64,000 bases of DNA, from NCBI GenBank assembly GCA_964653195.1, contig CAZZCX010000002.1, forward strand, positions 10,921 to 74,920, given 5' to 3'. Shown here in pieces: positions 48,870 through 60,021 of this stretch (position 1 is the first letter of the stretch; every line of letters begins with the position of its first letter). The notes beneath the pieces were generated by a model. That model was not told the DNA's origin, ran no database searches, and saw only the letters and a list, made by a program, of their open reading frames with translations. The stretch comes from an uncultured Gammaproteobacteria bacterium (GTDB lineage Bacteria; Patescibacteriota; Microgenomatia; Levybacterales; UBA12049). Position numbers and translations under genes: made by a program.

Positions 48870-49652
48870 ATGAAGCCTAATTATAAAGAGTTCGCAATCA
48901 ATCTTGCACAAATGTCAGGTGAAATTATGCGAAAAAACTTTACTTTGGGAATGAATAAAGAATGGAAAAGCGATAATTCACCTCTTACGGTTACAGATAA
49001 GGCTATAAATAACTTAGTAATAAAGGAAGTAAATACCTTGTTCCCAGACCATTCAGTAGTCGCTGAGGAAGGAAGCAGTATTGTAAAAGAAAGTGACTAT
49101 ACTTGGGTTTGCGACCCGATAGATGGAACTTTCCCCTTTTCACATGGTTATCCTTGTTTCGTATTCTCACTTGCTCTAACTTATAAAGGAAAAAGTATAT
49201 TGGGAGTTATATATGATCCTATTATGGATCGAATGTTTTTTGCACAATCCGGAAAGGGAACTTATCTCAATGGAGCGAAAACTAGAGTTTCAAATAATAA
49301 GATTATACAAAATACCGTCTTAGACTCTGTCACATGGTCCGGAGCAAAATATGAATTATTTCCACTTTCTAGTTTGATTTCTAAATCAGGCGGCCACCCA
49401 TCTACGATACTGAGTGTTTGTTATACATCCGCACTTGTCGCCTGTGGCGAATTTAGTGCTTCAATATATCCTGATACAAAACCGTGGGATGCTGCTGCAG
49501 TAAAGATAATTGTCGAAGAAGCAGGTGGGATCGTAACTGATTTATTCGGCAATGATCAACACTATGATAAAAGTATAAATGGCTTTATCGCAAGTAACGG
49601 ATACGTACACAATCAATTGCTGAAACTCATTAAATCTTCTCTTAGCCAATAA
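48870..49652 (+). CDS. Inositol monophosphatase family protein
   Basis: AEE, WVCDPIDGT, PWDAAA..IIVEEAGG.VTD. Confidence 0.92.
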   Translation: MKPNYKEFAINLAQMSGEIMRKNFTLGMNKEWKSDNSPLTVTDKAINNLVIKEVNTLFPDHSVVAEEGSSIVKESDYTWVCDPIDGTFPFSHGYPCFVFSLALTYKGKSILGVIYDPIMDRMFFAQSGKGTYLNGAKTRVSNNKIIQNTVLDSVTWSGAKYELFPLSSLISKSGGHPSTILSVCYTSALVACGEFSASIYPDTKPWDAAAVKIIVEEAGGIVTDLFGNDQHYDKSINGFIASNGYVHNQLLKLIKSSLSQ

Positions 49653-49654
49653 TA

Positions 49655-52042
49655 CTAATCTGCGGGGACTGGCTGTGTGGTATGCTGACGAATCACTGAA
49701 TGTGACGCTGTTTTAGATTCGTTTTGTTTTTTCTTCATATTAAATGACTTTGTATAAGCAAGAGGAAATACCTCATCCATATGTGAAACAAATTTGAACT
49801 CTAGATCTTTTAGGACTTCTTTTGGTACATCTTCTAAATCTTTCTCATTCTCCTTAGGTAAAATGACTGTTTTCAAACCAGCTCTATGTGCAGCTATAAT
49901 TTTCTCCTTAACACCACCAATTTCAAGAACTTTACCTCTAAGAGTCACTTCCCCGGTCATACCTAGTGTTCGTCTTACAGGTACATGTGTTAATGCTGAA
50001 GCAATAGCTGTAGTGATGGCTATACCTGCTGAAGGCCCATCCTTAGGGGTTGCGCCTTCGGGTACATGTACATGAACATCTAGCTTTTGATAAAATTTAT
50101 CAGAAAGGCCTAAATAAGAAGCACGAGTTCTGATATATGACATAGCAGCTTGACAGGATTCTTTCATGACATCACCAAGCTGTCCTGTCAATATAAGTTG
50201 ACCTCGCCCTGGCATAAGAGCTACTTCAATAAAGAGAATATCTCCACCCGCTTCGGTCCAAGCTAAACCTGTCACTTGACCAACTTCATCTTTCTTTTCA
50301 ATAAGTGACGCACTGAACTTTATGGGGCCTAAGAACTTTGTTATATCTTTTTCTGTAACCTTTATCTTTTCTTTTTCACCCTCCGCTATTCTCTTGGCGA
50401 CTTTTCGAAAAACTGATGCTATTTTTCTCTCTAAATTTCTGACACCAGCCTCTCTTGTATAATGGAGAATTATAAACTTTAATGCTTCATCAGTAAGATC
50501 TATCATTTCTGTTTTCAAACCATGAGCTTCCATTTGTTTTTTAATTAAATAATTTTTTGCTATTTTAAACTTTTCATCTGAAGTGTAGCCTGCAAAATGA
50601 AGAATTTCCAAACGATCGCGAAGTGCTGGTGGAATTGTGTCCAAAACATTTGCAGTAGTTATAAACATAACATCGGAAAGGTCAAATGGCACTTCTAGAT
50701 AATGGTCTGAGAATTGGGAATTCTGCTCCGGATCCAGTGCTTCAAGAAGCGCAGATGAAGGATCTCCACGAAAATCAGTACCTACTTTATCGATCTCATC
50801 TAGCATAAATACCGGATTTTTAGTACCTGCATCTTTAATACCTTGGATAATTCTCCCTGGCAAAGCACCAACATAAGTTCTCCTGTGACCACGTATCTCA
50901 GCCTCATCTCTAATGCCTCCTAATGAAACTCTTACAAATTTTCGTCCAAGAGCACGGGCAATTGATTTACCTATAGATGTTTTACCTACTCCGGGAGGAC
51001 CAGCAAAGCAAAGAATAGGACCTTTGATCTTTCCAGCCAATTGATGAACAGCCAAATATTCAACAATTCGTTCTTTAGCTTTTTTGAGAGCATAATGATC
51101 CTCATCCAACATCTTTTCAGATGTTTTAATATCAGACTCATATTTACTTTCTTTATTCCAAGGAACACTAACCAACCAATCCAGATAATTTCGTATATAT
51201 CCCACTTCAGGGTTAAACTGATTCATACCAGAAAGCTTCTTAACTTCTTTTTCTGCTTTCTCACGAACTTCATCCGGCATACCTGAAGTCTTAATCTTCG
51301 TTAAAATTTCTTTTGTATCATCATCAACATCTGTATCACTTAATTCTTTCTGAATTGTCTTAAGTCTTTCGCGCAGCATCGCTTCACGAGCACCTTTTTC
51401 AAATCTTTCTTGTGTCTTTGATGCAATTTTTTTCTCAAGTTCCAATACTTTAATTTCTTTACCTAATAAATCTGCTAATTTCTGAAGCCTTACTTTAACG
51501 TCGGAAATCTCTAAAAGTTCTTGACGTTCTACTGGTTTTAAATCTAAAGCTGATGCAATCAAGTCTGATAATTCAGAAGGTGAATTTTCAGACATAATAT
51601 TCATAAATACAAGAAAATCAGCAGATTTACCGAAATTCATAGCTCTACGGAATTCATTCGTCAAATGATTACAAAGCGCTTGAGTTTCTGGAGTATTTTC
51701 AATAACCTCTGGTATTTCCTCAACCTTAGCCATCAAAAATGAGTCATGCGTTTCAAAAGATAATATTTTAACACGCGATAAACCTCTCACTTGTGCGTTT
51801 ATTTCACCATCTGCCCGAATCATTCGTTCAATACGGGAAAGAGTACCTATCTCAAACAAATCGTTTGTCGAGGGATCATTTACACGGGAATTTTTTTGAA
51901 GTACAAAACAGACTATCCTTTCATGCTTAAATGATGTTTCTAATGCTGCAAGGCTTTTAGGTCTTCCAAAAGTCAGAACTGAATCAGTATTTGGGAAAAT
52001 GATACCGTCTCTGATAGGTATTATCGGAACAATTTTTTCCAT
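49655..52042 (-). CDS. lon: ATP-dependent endopeptidase La
   Basis: N-domain, [23 protein letters not shown] catalytic Ser, downstream catalytic Lys region. Confidence 0.98.
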   Translation of the reverse strand: MEKIVPIIPIRDGIIFPNTDSVLTFGRPKSLAALETSFKHERIVCFVLQKNSRVNDPSTNDLFEIGTLSRIERMIRADGEINAQVRGLSRVKILSFETHDSFLMAKVEEIPEVIENTPETQALCNHLTNEFRRAMNFGKSADFLVFMNIMSENSPSELSDLIASALDLKPVERQELLEISDVKVRLQKLADLLGKEIKVLELEKKIASKTQERFEKGAREAMLRERLKTIQKELSDTDVDDDTKEILTKIKTSGMPDEVREKAEKEVKKLSGMNQFNPEVGYIRNYLDWLVSVPWNKESKYESDIKTSEKMLDEDHYALKKAKERIVEYLAVHQLAGKIKGPILCFAGPPGVGKTSIGKSIARALGRKFVRVSLGGIRDEAEIRGHRRTYVGALPGRIIQGIKDAGTKNPVFMLDEIDKVGTDFRGDPSSALLEALDPEQNSQFSDHYLEVPFDLSDVMFITTANVLDTIPPALRDRLEILHFAGYTSDEKFKIAKNYLIKKQMEAHGLKTEMIDLTDEALKFIILHYTREAGVRNLERKIASVFRKVAKRIAEGEKEKIKVTEKDITKFLGPIKFSASLIEKKDEVGQVTGLAWTEAGGDILFIEVALMPGRGQLILTGQLGDVMKESCQAAMSYIRTRASYLGLSDKFYQKLDVHVHVPEGATPKDGPSAGIAITTAIASALTHVPVRRTLGMTGEVTLRGKVLEIGGVKEKIIAAHRAGLKTVILPKENEKDLEDVPKEVLKDLEFKFVSHMDEVFPLAYTKSFNMKKKQNESKTASHSVIRQHTTQPVPAD

Positions 52043-52220
52043 ATTTTTATAATGTATTGAGGTTATTTAGCAATCTATCATATGAATTGCTAATTGTCAA
52101 CCCCTAATCTTATTAACTAGATTAATAAACTCTGTTTAGACCTCCACAGATTAACAAGTGTATTTAATAATATCAAGTCATCAAAGTATACCAAAATACA
52201 TTTTCTGATTCTACTTATCA

Positions 52221-52583
52221 CTAAGTTATATTCTTTTTTACGACTTTTAATAGTGCGTTGATTTCGAAAGGTTTTTCAATGATATCATTTATGTATACGT
52301 TATCAACTAACTCTGATGCATTTGTTTTAGCAGTCAATAAAACTACCGGAGTTTGAATATTTAGTGAATCCGAGCGTATTTTTTTACATATCATGACACC
52401 ATCTCCACCCCATAGCGACATATCGAGAAGTATTAAGTTAAATTTGACTTCACTAATCAACTTTAAAATTTCTTTATAATCATTAGGCACAATCACATCA
52501 AATGCATTATCTTTGAGTATCAAAGATACCACTTCCGCAATCCCCGCGTCATCTTCAGCTAAAAGAATTTTCTTGTCCAGCAT
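52221..52583 (-). CDS. Single-domain response regulator (CheY-like)
   Basis: LAEDD, LLDMSL..GDG, LLTA, KPF. Confidence 0.9.
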   Translation of the reverse strand: MLDKKILLAEDDAGIAEVVSLILKDNAFDVIVPNDYKEILKLISEVKFNLILLDMSLWGGDGVMICKKIRSDSLNIQTPVVLLTAKTNASELVDNVYINDIIEKPFEINALLKVVKKNIT

Positions 52584-52777
52584 GTCGGTACAATAAATTG
52601 CACTTAATATTAACAGATTTCATCAAATTATCAAATCAATCTTCGTTTATCATTATTACGAATCTATATTTTACTCTGATAAATATTTTTTTGCAGAGTC
52701 CAAGCACATACATGGATTATAATACTGAGGCTGGATGTTGAGGGTAATCCTATCACTTTTTCAATACGTTAATCACT

Positions 52778-52957
52778 TTAATTTCCCTTAAAGCCGGTTA
52801 TTGATTCCCCTGATGTTAATATCATTATATTAGGACCAACATTAATTGTCGGATTAGGATTTATTGAATGCGATATAGCTTGAGCATCTACAGCTACTAT
52901 GCGCACAAATAGTTTAATGCCAAAAATTACAAGAAACCCAACTATAGCTTTTATCAT
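52778..52957 (-). CDS. Small secreted peptide of unknown function
   Basis: MIKAIVGFLVIFGIKLFVRIVAVDAQA signal-like N-terminus; GGAG and a TATAAT promoter upstream. Confidence 0.5.
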   Translation of the reverse strand: MIKAIVGFLVIFGIKLFVRIVAVDAQAISHSINPNPTINVGPNIMILTSGESITGFKGN

Positions 52958-53223
52958 ATACTCTTTTCTCCAAAAAAAATTTATCAACTTATTTATTATA
53001 AGTCATAAGAGTATTAATGAGGTAAAAGAAAAGTAAGAAGTAGACAATAATCAACGTACCCAAACCCTAGCATAAGCAGGTTTTTTTGGTATTAGTATTT
53101 CTATTAATTTACCGATAAATTTTTTGATCAAGAAAATCACCCCATTTCTTTTATTACGAATATAGAAAGGGACGGCTAATTATATATTTCTGCTTTCTTT
53201 ACATAATTAAGGCAGGTCCGAAT

Positions 53224-54243
53224 CTACCAGTATTTCCAAGTTTGGTACTTTTCAAGTAATTGTTCTTCTGTAATATCTACGCCTGCTATGCCTAAGCTCT
53301 TTTGGTAACCAAGATCAAGTATTTGAGAAACCCATAGATCACGCTCAATTATTCCTGGCGCACCCAAAAGCACAGCCAATAACTTTTTTCCATTCCTTTC
53401 TGCAACTACACTAGTCGTTTTCAATGCATTGTCAGTATTTCCTATTTTTACACCAGTTAACCCAGGATAAACTCCGATAAGTCCGTTCCAATTATATAAA
53501 TCGAATCGCTTATGAAATTCATTCGCAGGCAATAATTCATAATCATCTTTTACAAGCTCTTTTATTAATGGATAATTTTCAAGAGCATAGTGAGTCATAA
53601 TCGATACATCGTATACGCTGCTTAAATGCAAGTCAGCATCAAATCCCTGCGGATTAGTAAAATAAGTATCCTTAAGTCCCAAAAAATCAGCCTTTTCATT
53701 CATAGCCCGGATGAATACTTTGTCATTATATTTTTTATCTATTCCTTCTCTTATTACTTCAACTGCATCATTTGCAGACGTCAGAAGCGCTGCCTGCAAT
53801 AATTCATCGAGCGTTAATTGTTCACCTTTCTGTAAACCTATTTTGGTAGGAATAATTCGTGCTGCTTTTTCAGAGACTATAAATCTCTCAGAAGGTTTTG
53901 CCAAATCCAAAGCAACTATTGCTGACATAATTTTAGTTAATGATGCTATGGGTAGTTTCTGTGTTAAGTTTTTTGATGCAAGTACTTTTCCTGATTCGTA
54001 ATCAACTACAGCATAAGCTGAAGCCATTTCATAATCATCAGAGGCACTAGCCTGAGGCATAAAACTTGAATCCTTTTTTAATTTATAAATAGATGGGTAT
54101 TTTTGTAATCTTGGAATTACTTTATCAATAAAAGCATCAGAATTAGTTGGTATAGGTAAAATTAGTTTTGGCATACGTAGTCCAGCTAATTGTAAAGTCA
54201 CTATCATAAATATAGCTATAAAAGTTCCCAATAAAATTTTCAT
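53224..54243 (-). CDS. D-alanyl-D-alanine carboxypeptidase family (peptidase S11)
   Basis: ASLTK, SAND, FTNPQG, K(I)G; N-terminal signal or anchor. Confidence 0.9.
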   Translation of the reverse strand: MKILLGTFIAIFMIVTLQLAGLRMPKLILPIPTNSDAFIDKVIPRLQKYPSIYKLKKDSSFMPQASASDDYEMASAYAVVDYESGKVLASKNLTQKLPIASLTKIMSAIVALDLAKPSERFIVSEKAARIIPTKIGLQKGEQLTLDELLQAALLTSANDAVEVIREGIDKKYNDKVFIRAMNEKADFLGLKDTYFTNPQGFDADLHLSSVYDVSIMTHYALENYPLIKELVKDDYELLPANEFHKRFDLYNWNGLIGVYPGLTGVKIGNTDNALKTTSVVAERNGKKLLAVLLGAPGIIERDLWVSQILDLGYQKSLGIAGVDITEEQLLEKYQTWKYW

Positions 54244-54265
54244 GTTTTAAAATATTCTTACTCAA

Positions 54266-55582
54266 CTAACGGATTTCTGAAAATGTTCTACTATCGGCTA
54301 AATTCTTGACACCAAACTTTTCTTGCAATACAGACCAAAGCTCTGACTTGCCTGAATCAAAACCCAAAGCCCAAATTCCTACACCTGCTAAATCTTGAGA
54401 TTTTGCGAAATCATATTTAACTCCCAATGATCTAGCATCATCAATAAATATCATCCTCCAGGCATCAACATCAGATACATAATAGGCTTTCCAGCCTACT
54501 TGCCCTAATTCATCCCACCCTTCACGATCAGCCTTAATCGTATCTGTTGCTATTTCATATGTTTGAACCATTGGTTTGCCCCTCCAGGACCAACTCGGAA
54601 GCGTTTCAGCTTTCACTCGTGGCTCATCATATACGAGATAGTTATAGCCATAATAAGGTACTCCAAGTATAATTTTATTTGCCGGCATTAATTTTTTAAA
54701 ATCTTCAATTGCAGTTGCAATATCATAACTATATTTTCCTTCTTTATGACCATATAAAGGTGAAGTAGGCATAGCATATTCGCTTCCTTTTACCGCAAAA
54801 TCATAAGCCATCATAAATACCCCATCAGCACTTTCACCAATTCTTGAAATATCATAAAGTTTTTGCTGTTTGGCTGATGATGCGTAAACCGATACTGTCA
54901 CATATGAATCTGGTATTTCAGAATGCATTTGAGAAGTTAATTCTGAAACAAATTCACTGAATTGTTCCTTGTAAGTAGCATCTGGTGTCCCAACATATTC
55001 CACGTCAATATTCACACCATCTATCCCTCTTTCTCTTACTTCATAAATAGTTTCTTTTATAGTTTTTTGTCTTGCGTCCTTACTACCTAAGAAGGATTTG
55101 ATAGTGTCATTGTCCATGCATGTAATAGTTAGTATCACCTTGACACCGTTGTCATGTGCTTTTTTAAAAACATCTGTCGCTTTTTTACTTTTAAAAACTG
55201 TATATCCATAGTCATCTCGATCTAAACCTCCAATATCTTTAATTGGAACACCGAAGTATGCAAAAGTAGTTAATGAAGAAAAATTGACGGAATCTAGCTT
55301 ATTTATAGTCCAGTAGGGAGCAAATCCAAATACTTCATAGCTTGAGTTCTGTGACTTATTAAGTGGCTTTAATGAAACGAATTGGGAAACAATAGGCGAT
55401 ATATATTTACCAACATCATCTATTGTTAAACCAATAACGAAAAAAAGAGCTGTTAAACCAAGTGAGAAAGTGATTAAAGTCCAAATTTTCTCTAAATTTG
55501 ATTTTCGCGGACTTTTAATCAAAGAATGTATTGACACATCTTTTTCTAAAATTTTATGCTTTTTTGATGGCATCCCAAACAT
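54266..55582 (-). CDS. Membrane-anchored GH18 glycoside hydrolase
   Basis: DGVNIDVEY, MMAYDF, ILGVPYYG, GVGIWALGFD; N-terminal TM. Confidence 0.9.
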   Translation of the reverse strand: MFGMPSKKHKILEKDVSIHSLIKSPRKSNLEKIWTLITFSLGLTALFFVIGLTIDDVGKYISPIVSQFVSLKPLNKSQNSSYEVFGFAPYWTINKLDSVNFSSLTTFAYFGVPIKDIGGLDRDDYGYTVFKSKKATDVFKKAHDNGVKVILTITCMDNDTIKSFLGSKDARQKTIKETIYEVRERGIDGVNIDVEYVGTPDATYKEQFSEFVSELTSQMHSEIPDSYVTVSVYASSAKQQKLYDISRIGESADGVFMMAYDFAVKGSEYAMPTSPLYGHKEGKYSYDIATAIEDFKKLMPANKIILGVPYYGYNYLVYDEPRVKAETLPSWSWRGKPMVQTYEIATDTIKADREGWDELGQVGWKAYYVSDVDAWRMIFIDDARSLGVKYDFAKSQDLAGVGIWALGFDSGKSELWSVLQEKFGVKNLADSRTFSEIR

Positions 55583-55634
55583 ACCTTTTGTTATTGCTGA
55601 GTTATCCTATAATATTTTCAGCGAACACAGTGGT

Positions 55635-55663
55635 ATGTTATAAGAAACCTTATATTATGTCAA
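55635..55663 (-). promoter_or_regulatory. Promoter of the GH18-carboxypeptidase pair
   Basis: TTGACA, 17 bp, TAACAT on the minus strand. Confidence 0.6.
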
Positions 55664-55745
55664 GACCTATATAAAAATTCAATAATAAATGAGTAAGAAG
55701 ATCGTAATAATACATTTTATATATTGATGAGATAGGCCTGGAGTA

Positions 55746-57089
55746 TTATAATTTAATTTGTATATCCTTATATGTTAGAAGATCTAAAGCAGACGCAGCA
55801 CTCCATGCTTGAACTCTGCAACTTTCTTGACCTAATGAATTTTTATAGATATCGTATTCACCGTTATCTTTTTTTACATATAACTCTATCGGAGATCCAA
55901 AATAAAAAATAGGCTTTAGTGTTGCTGATTTAAGAACATTCGCTTCATGAAAAAATCCAACGTTTACTAACCCTTCATGACTCATACCATTTAGCTTGGG
56001 CCAAAAGCTTCCATTATGATAAGAATTTTGGCCAGAAATATAATTTTCTGACGAAGTGCTCATAGTTCGAATTCCAGCATCCTCATCAAACATATCTTCA
56101 CGAAATGCTCTCTTTACAATATAAGGCACGTATTTATTTTCCAATATACTGGTCACTTTTCCATTTTTCTTGTAAGCTGCCCAGAACAATAGTAGTGGAT
56201 TACCTGTTATAGTACGAATTTGATTTTTTAACCCATCAAGTGCTTGAGCAGCATAATAATTTTTTCCCTCACGAAAAATAAAAAGCTTATTAAATTGTTT
56301 TCTTAATCCTTTTGCTTGTAAGCTTAATGCTTTTGCAAACCGTTTAGTTTTGGCTGCATGTAATTTCTTGTCATTATAATAATCAGCCCATAAACGAAGA
56401 GCTAACCACGCATAGCCTTGGACCTCAACAGGTGCTATTGGATACTCCGGAAAATTTCCTGATGAATCGCTCATTGACTCTTTAGAATCAGTCCAGGACT
56501 GTACTGCCAAGCCACCATGCTGCCTATCGAGAGGAAGTACATATTCAAGAAGATAATCTTTATCTCTATCTCCATAAGTTATTATCCAGTTCAAGCCAGA
56601 TTCAACTGCAGAAATTGCAGAAAAAAGAAATTCATCATCACGTGTCATCTCCCAATATTTAAATATTGCGATCAATGTAAGCGGCGTTGAATCCAAAGAA
56701 TCATAATTTCTCATAATACCGTCAGGATAAATATACCAAGGTTTTTCCATTTGCAATAATCGCTCATAATTATCTGGACGATACTCGTGTATAAATTTAC
56801 CAGGTTCCTCACCTGATTCTATATTTGTTTCTTTACCTTGAAGATCGACCATTGCCTTGAGGCCTTTTTTGCAAATATGTAATAGTCTTTCTTTTTCCTC
56901 GTCTGAAGTTATATATTCATTTTTACATACTTTAAGAATTTTAAGTATAGTTATTGCGCTATCTCTTCCAAAAATACATCCATAAATATCATCTTTTCCG
57001 GATGCATTTATTCCTTTCTCATGCGAAAGATCTAATATATTTTCATAAATTGATTGACGCATGATTGATTTATCCACGGGCAGTGTCAT
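55746..57089 (-). CDS. Amylo-alpha-1,6-glucosidase/glycogen-debranching-like (alpha/alpha)6 hydrolase
   Basis: FGRDS, EEPGK..HE, YDSLDSTPL, W.DS, EVQGY, YHNGSFWP, QAWSAA. Confidence 0.88.
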   Translation of the reverse strand: MTLPVDKSIMRQSIYENILDLSHEKGINASGKDDIYGCIFGRDSAITILKILKVCKNEYITSDEEKERLLHICKKGLKAMVDLQGKETNIESGEEPGKFIHEYRPDNYERLLQMEKPWYIYPDGIMRNYDSLDSTPLTLIAIFKYWEMTRDDEFLFSAISAVESGLNWIITYGDRDKDYLLEYVLPLDRQHGGLAVQSWTDSKESMSDSSGNFPEYPIAPVEVQGYAWLALRLWADYYNDKKLHAAKTKRFAKALSLQAKGLRKQFNKLFIFREGKNYYAAQALDGLKNQIRTITGNPLLLFWAAYKKNGKVTSILENKYVPYIVKRAFREDMFDEDAGIRTMSTSSENYISGQNSYHNGSFWPKLNGMSHEGLVNVGFFHEANVLKSATLKPIFYFGSPIELYVKKDNGEYDIYKNSLGQESCRVQAWSAASALDLLTYKDIQIKL

Positions 57090-57123
57090 AAGCTAAAAAC
57101 TTGAATAATAGGATGTATACAAA

Positions 57124-57152
57124 ACAATAACAAAGCAACAAATTCATGTCAA
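57124..57152 (-). promoter_or_regulatory. Promoter of the glucosidase gene
   Basis: TTGACA, 17 bp, TGnTATTGT on the minus strand. Confidence 0.55.
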
Positions 57153-57318
57153 GCTGATGTGTAGCTAGTTTGAAGCTATCTTAAATGAAGATTTAAATAC
57201 TAAAAATAATATATTAACACTAATAATTATAAATAACATTTAAAAATTTGTAAGGATTAGGCAAGAAACTGCTCTGCTTGATTGTAATTATTGGTATTAT
57301 TGCTATAATTGGTTTGTT

Positions 57319-57993
57319 ATGACTCAGTCTATTTTAATAGTAGAAGATGACAAAGGACTTCAGAAATACTTAAGAGAACTGCTGTTAGATAATGGTTATG
57401 CAGTACAAATCGCAGGAGACGGAATAATAGCTTTAAATAGCCTCACAAAAACACAACCTGATCTCGTAGTACTAGACCTAGGCTTACCAAATATGTCGGG
57501 AGAAGCAGTATGTCTTGAAGTTCGGAAAAAATACAAAGATTTGCCTGTCATCATTCTTACAGCAAGAGATAGCATATCTGATATTGTTCAAGGCTTAAAT
57601 CTAGGCGCAGATGATTACATTACTAAGCCTTTTGTGGCTGATGAATTTCTTGCAAGGATAAAAGCACGACTAAGAAGACAAGGGGGAGACTCTGATGCTT
57701 TGTTAAAAGTAGCAGATCTTGAATTAAACAATAAAACACTAGAGGTAAAACGTGAAGGGCAAATTATTCAACTTACTCCACAAGAGTTTAAGTTATTACA
57801 GTATCTAATGAATAATAAAGGACGAATTTTGACGCGAGAAATGATACTGAACCGAATTTGGCTTTACTCATCAGATGTAGAGACGCGCGTTGTGGATGTT
57901 TATATGGGATATCTGCGTAAAAAAATTGACAACAATCACCCAAAAAAACTTCTTCACTCTATCCGCGGTTTCGGGTATGTAATTAAAGAATAA
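57319..57993 (+). CDS. OmpR/PhoB-family response regulator
   Basis: VEDD, LDLGLP, GADDYITKPF, LTPQEF.LL, RVVDVY..YLRKK, IRGFGY. Confidence 0.96.
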   Translation: MTQSILIVEDDKGLQKYLRELLLDNGYAVQIAGDGIIALNSLTKTQPDLVVLDLGLPNMSGEAVCLEVRKKYKDLPVIILTARDSISDIVQGLNLGADDYITKPFVADEFLARIKARLRRQGGDSDALLKVADLELNNKTLEVKREGQIIQLTPQEFKLLQYLMNNKGRILTREMILNRIWLYSSDVETRVVDVYMGYLRKKIDNNHPKKLLHSIRGFGYVIKE

Positions 57994-57994
57994 T

Positions 57995-59161
57995 TTATTT
58001 GTTTTTGCTATATATTGCCTTAGGTAAGATAATTTTTATTGTTGTTCCTTTACCCATCCTTGACTCTATATTGATTACACCCCTATGTTGCCGAATAACA
58101 TTCTCTACAAAAAAAAGACCCCATCCAAACCCTTCTTCTCCACTCCCTCCCACATGATGTCCATCAAATATATTCGGTAAATCTTTTTCATCGATACCTT
58201 TCCCAAAATCTTTAATCGATAAATTAAAACCTTTTCCTTCCTTTTTTAAAGTTATCTCTACTGGTGAATCGGAAGGGGAATATTTAAGCGCGTTATCCAA
58301 TACATTTACAACAGCCTGGGTCAATCTTTCACTATCTCCAACAATTTTCGAATCAGATTTAAGGTAATTTTTATAATTTATTAATCGACTATTCTGTATC
58401 TTTTTTGTTATATTTATACTTTCCCTGACTAAATCATCTAACTCACATTCCTGCCAACGAAATTGCAGCTGACCCGCTTTCATTCTATTTACCTCCAGTA
58501 TCTCCTTAACGAGTAACATCATTCTTTTGTTCTCTTCATTTAAAGCATCAATCCATTTACCAGTGACATCATCACGATTTGAAAGTTTGCTATGTAGTAA
58601 CTGTATATATCCGCTTATCGAAGTTAAAGGAGTTCTAAGCTCATGTGCAGCCATAGAAATAAACATATCTCGAATCTCAAGAGCTTTTGTAGTTTCATTG
58701 TGTAATTGTGCTTTTTTAATAGCCAGGCTAGCCATAGATCCAAAAACTCTTAGCATATCAATTTGTTTCTTAGAAAAGTGTTCTTTCTTTAATGATAAAA
58801 CACTTAAAACCCCAATACTATTGCCATGATAAGAGAGAGGAATAAGGATAACTGATTGAATACCTACTTTCTTAATCAAAGCATTTACTTTTGTTTTTGA
58901 CGTTATATGATTAACAATGAGTTTTTTATTTTTATACGATTGCTCTAAAGTACCATTTTTGCGCACCTTTATTGAATGAAAAAAATTATCTGATACATAA
59001 ACAGGCAATAATTGCTCACCGTTTCCTAGCAAAATTGAACCATATTCAGCATCCATGAGATTCATAGCCTGCTCCACAATAACCCGGTAAGTCTCCTTTG
59101 GGGTTATATCATCTAACAATATAAGACCAGCAGCATTAATTCTTTCTAAGGCTTTTTCCAT
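57995..59161 (-). CDS. Cytoplasmic GAF-domain sensor histidine kinase
   Basis: GAF region, AHELRTPLT, NVLDNALKYS, DFGKGI, GFGWGL; no TM segment. Confidence 0.93.
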   Translation of the reverse strand: MEKALERINAAGLILLDDITPKETYRVIVEQAMNLMDAEYGSILLGNGEQLLPVYVSDNFFHSIKVRKNGTLEQSYKNKKLIVNHITSKTKVNALIKKVGIQSVILIPLSYHGNSIGVLSVLSLKKEHFSKKQIDMLRVFGSMASLAIKKAQLHNETTKALEIRDMFISMAAHELRTPLTSISGYIQLLHSKLSNRDDVTGKWIDALNEENKRMMLLVKEILEVNRMKAGQLQFRWQECELDDLVRESINITKKIQNSRLINYKNYLKSDSKIVGDSERLTQAVVNVLDNALKYSPSDSPVEITLKKEGKGFNLSIKDFGKGIDEKDLPNIFDGHHVGGSGEEGFGWGLFFVENVIRQHRGVINIESRMGKGTTIKIILPKAIYSKNK

Positions 59162-59231
59162 AATTTGTTAATCGATTACATTATCCGGTAAATATATAAA
59201 AATTCAAGTGCAAATATCGCTAAATGAAGCA

Positions 59232-59287
59232 TTCTTATAGTTCTCTTACATTTTCATTATTTGATTATTATTGGTAAGTTGTAACTT
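59232..59287 (+). promoter_or_regulatory. 11-bp-periodic direct repeats plus -10 upstream of the Crp gene
   Basis: TTCTTAT-agtt-CTCTTAC-attt-TCATTAT, then TAACTT (59282-87) 6 nt before the ATG. Confidence 0.55.
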
Positions 59288-59293
59288 ATTTAA

Positions 59294-59974
59294 ATGCTAC
59301 AACAAGAGTCAATAGATAAGCTAGATAGTTTTTTTAGCCAATATAAAATATTGAATTATAAATCACGTTCAGTTATTTCATCTTCAAACGATTCAGGTTT
59401 AAGCATTTTTTACATCAAGAGCGGATTCTTGCGCGTCTATCGACCATCCGGACAAGGTGAAGAATTAACTTTGACTATCTTAAAACCTAAGGACTTTTTC
59501 CCTCTTAATATTGGCTTATATAACATACGCCATACAGGACATTACTGCCTTGAAGCCTTAACTCCACTTGAAATCTGGAAAGTAAACCTTAAACGTTTTA
59601 ATCAATTTATAAAGCGAGAACCTGCACTGTATTTAGCTCTCACAAATAAAGCATTCTTTGGATTCAGTGATGTTTTATCCAAAATGGAAAATCTACTGTT
59701 GAATAATGCTTCAATTAAAATTGCAGCTACTTTAATTTCATGCGCAAGAAATTATGGCAAGAACGAAGGCAAACATATACTGATAAATGTTCCTCTAACA
59801 CATCGTGATATAGCTGCTCTTGTAGGCATAACTCGAGAAACAACTTCTTTAGAAATCAAAAAACTTGAAAAACAAGGTTATTTGGAAAAAAAAGGCAAAT
59901 ATTTGTTAATTAAAAATATCGAAAATCTAAATAAACAAATAAATTTGATAGCTGATAATAACTCTTCTATTTAG
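59294..59974 (+). CDS. Crp/Fnr-family transcriptional regulator
   Basis: cNMP-binding-like N-domain; HTH LTHRDIAALVGITRETTS. Confidence 0.93.
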   Translation: MLQQESIDKLDSFFSQYKILNYKSRSVISSSNDSGLSIFYIKSGFLRVYRPSGQGEELTLTILKPKDFFPLNIGLYNIRHTGHYCLEALTPLEIWKVNLKRFNQFIKREPALYLALTNKAFFGFSDVLSKMENLLLNNASIKIAATLISCARNYGKNEGKHILINVPLTHRDIAALVGITRETTSLEIKKLEKQGYLEKKGKYLLIKNIENLNKQINLIADNNSSI

Positions 59975-59981
59975 TATGCAC

Positions 59982-60021
59982 CTTAACTTAACTTAACTTA
60001 ACATAACTTAATTTAATTTAA
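59982..60021. repeat. Pentamer tandem repeat (CTTAA/TTTAA)x8
   Basis: CTTAA x4, CATAA, CTTAA, TTTAA x2, between two convergent stop codons. Confidence 0.85.
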
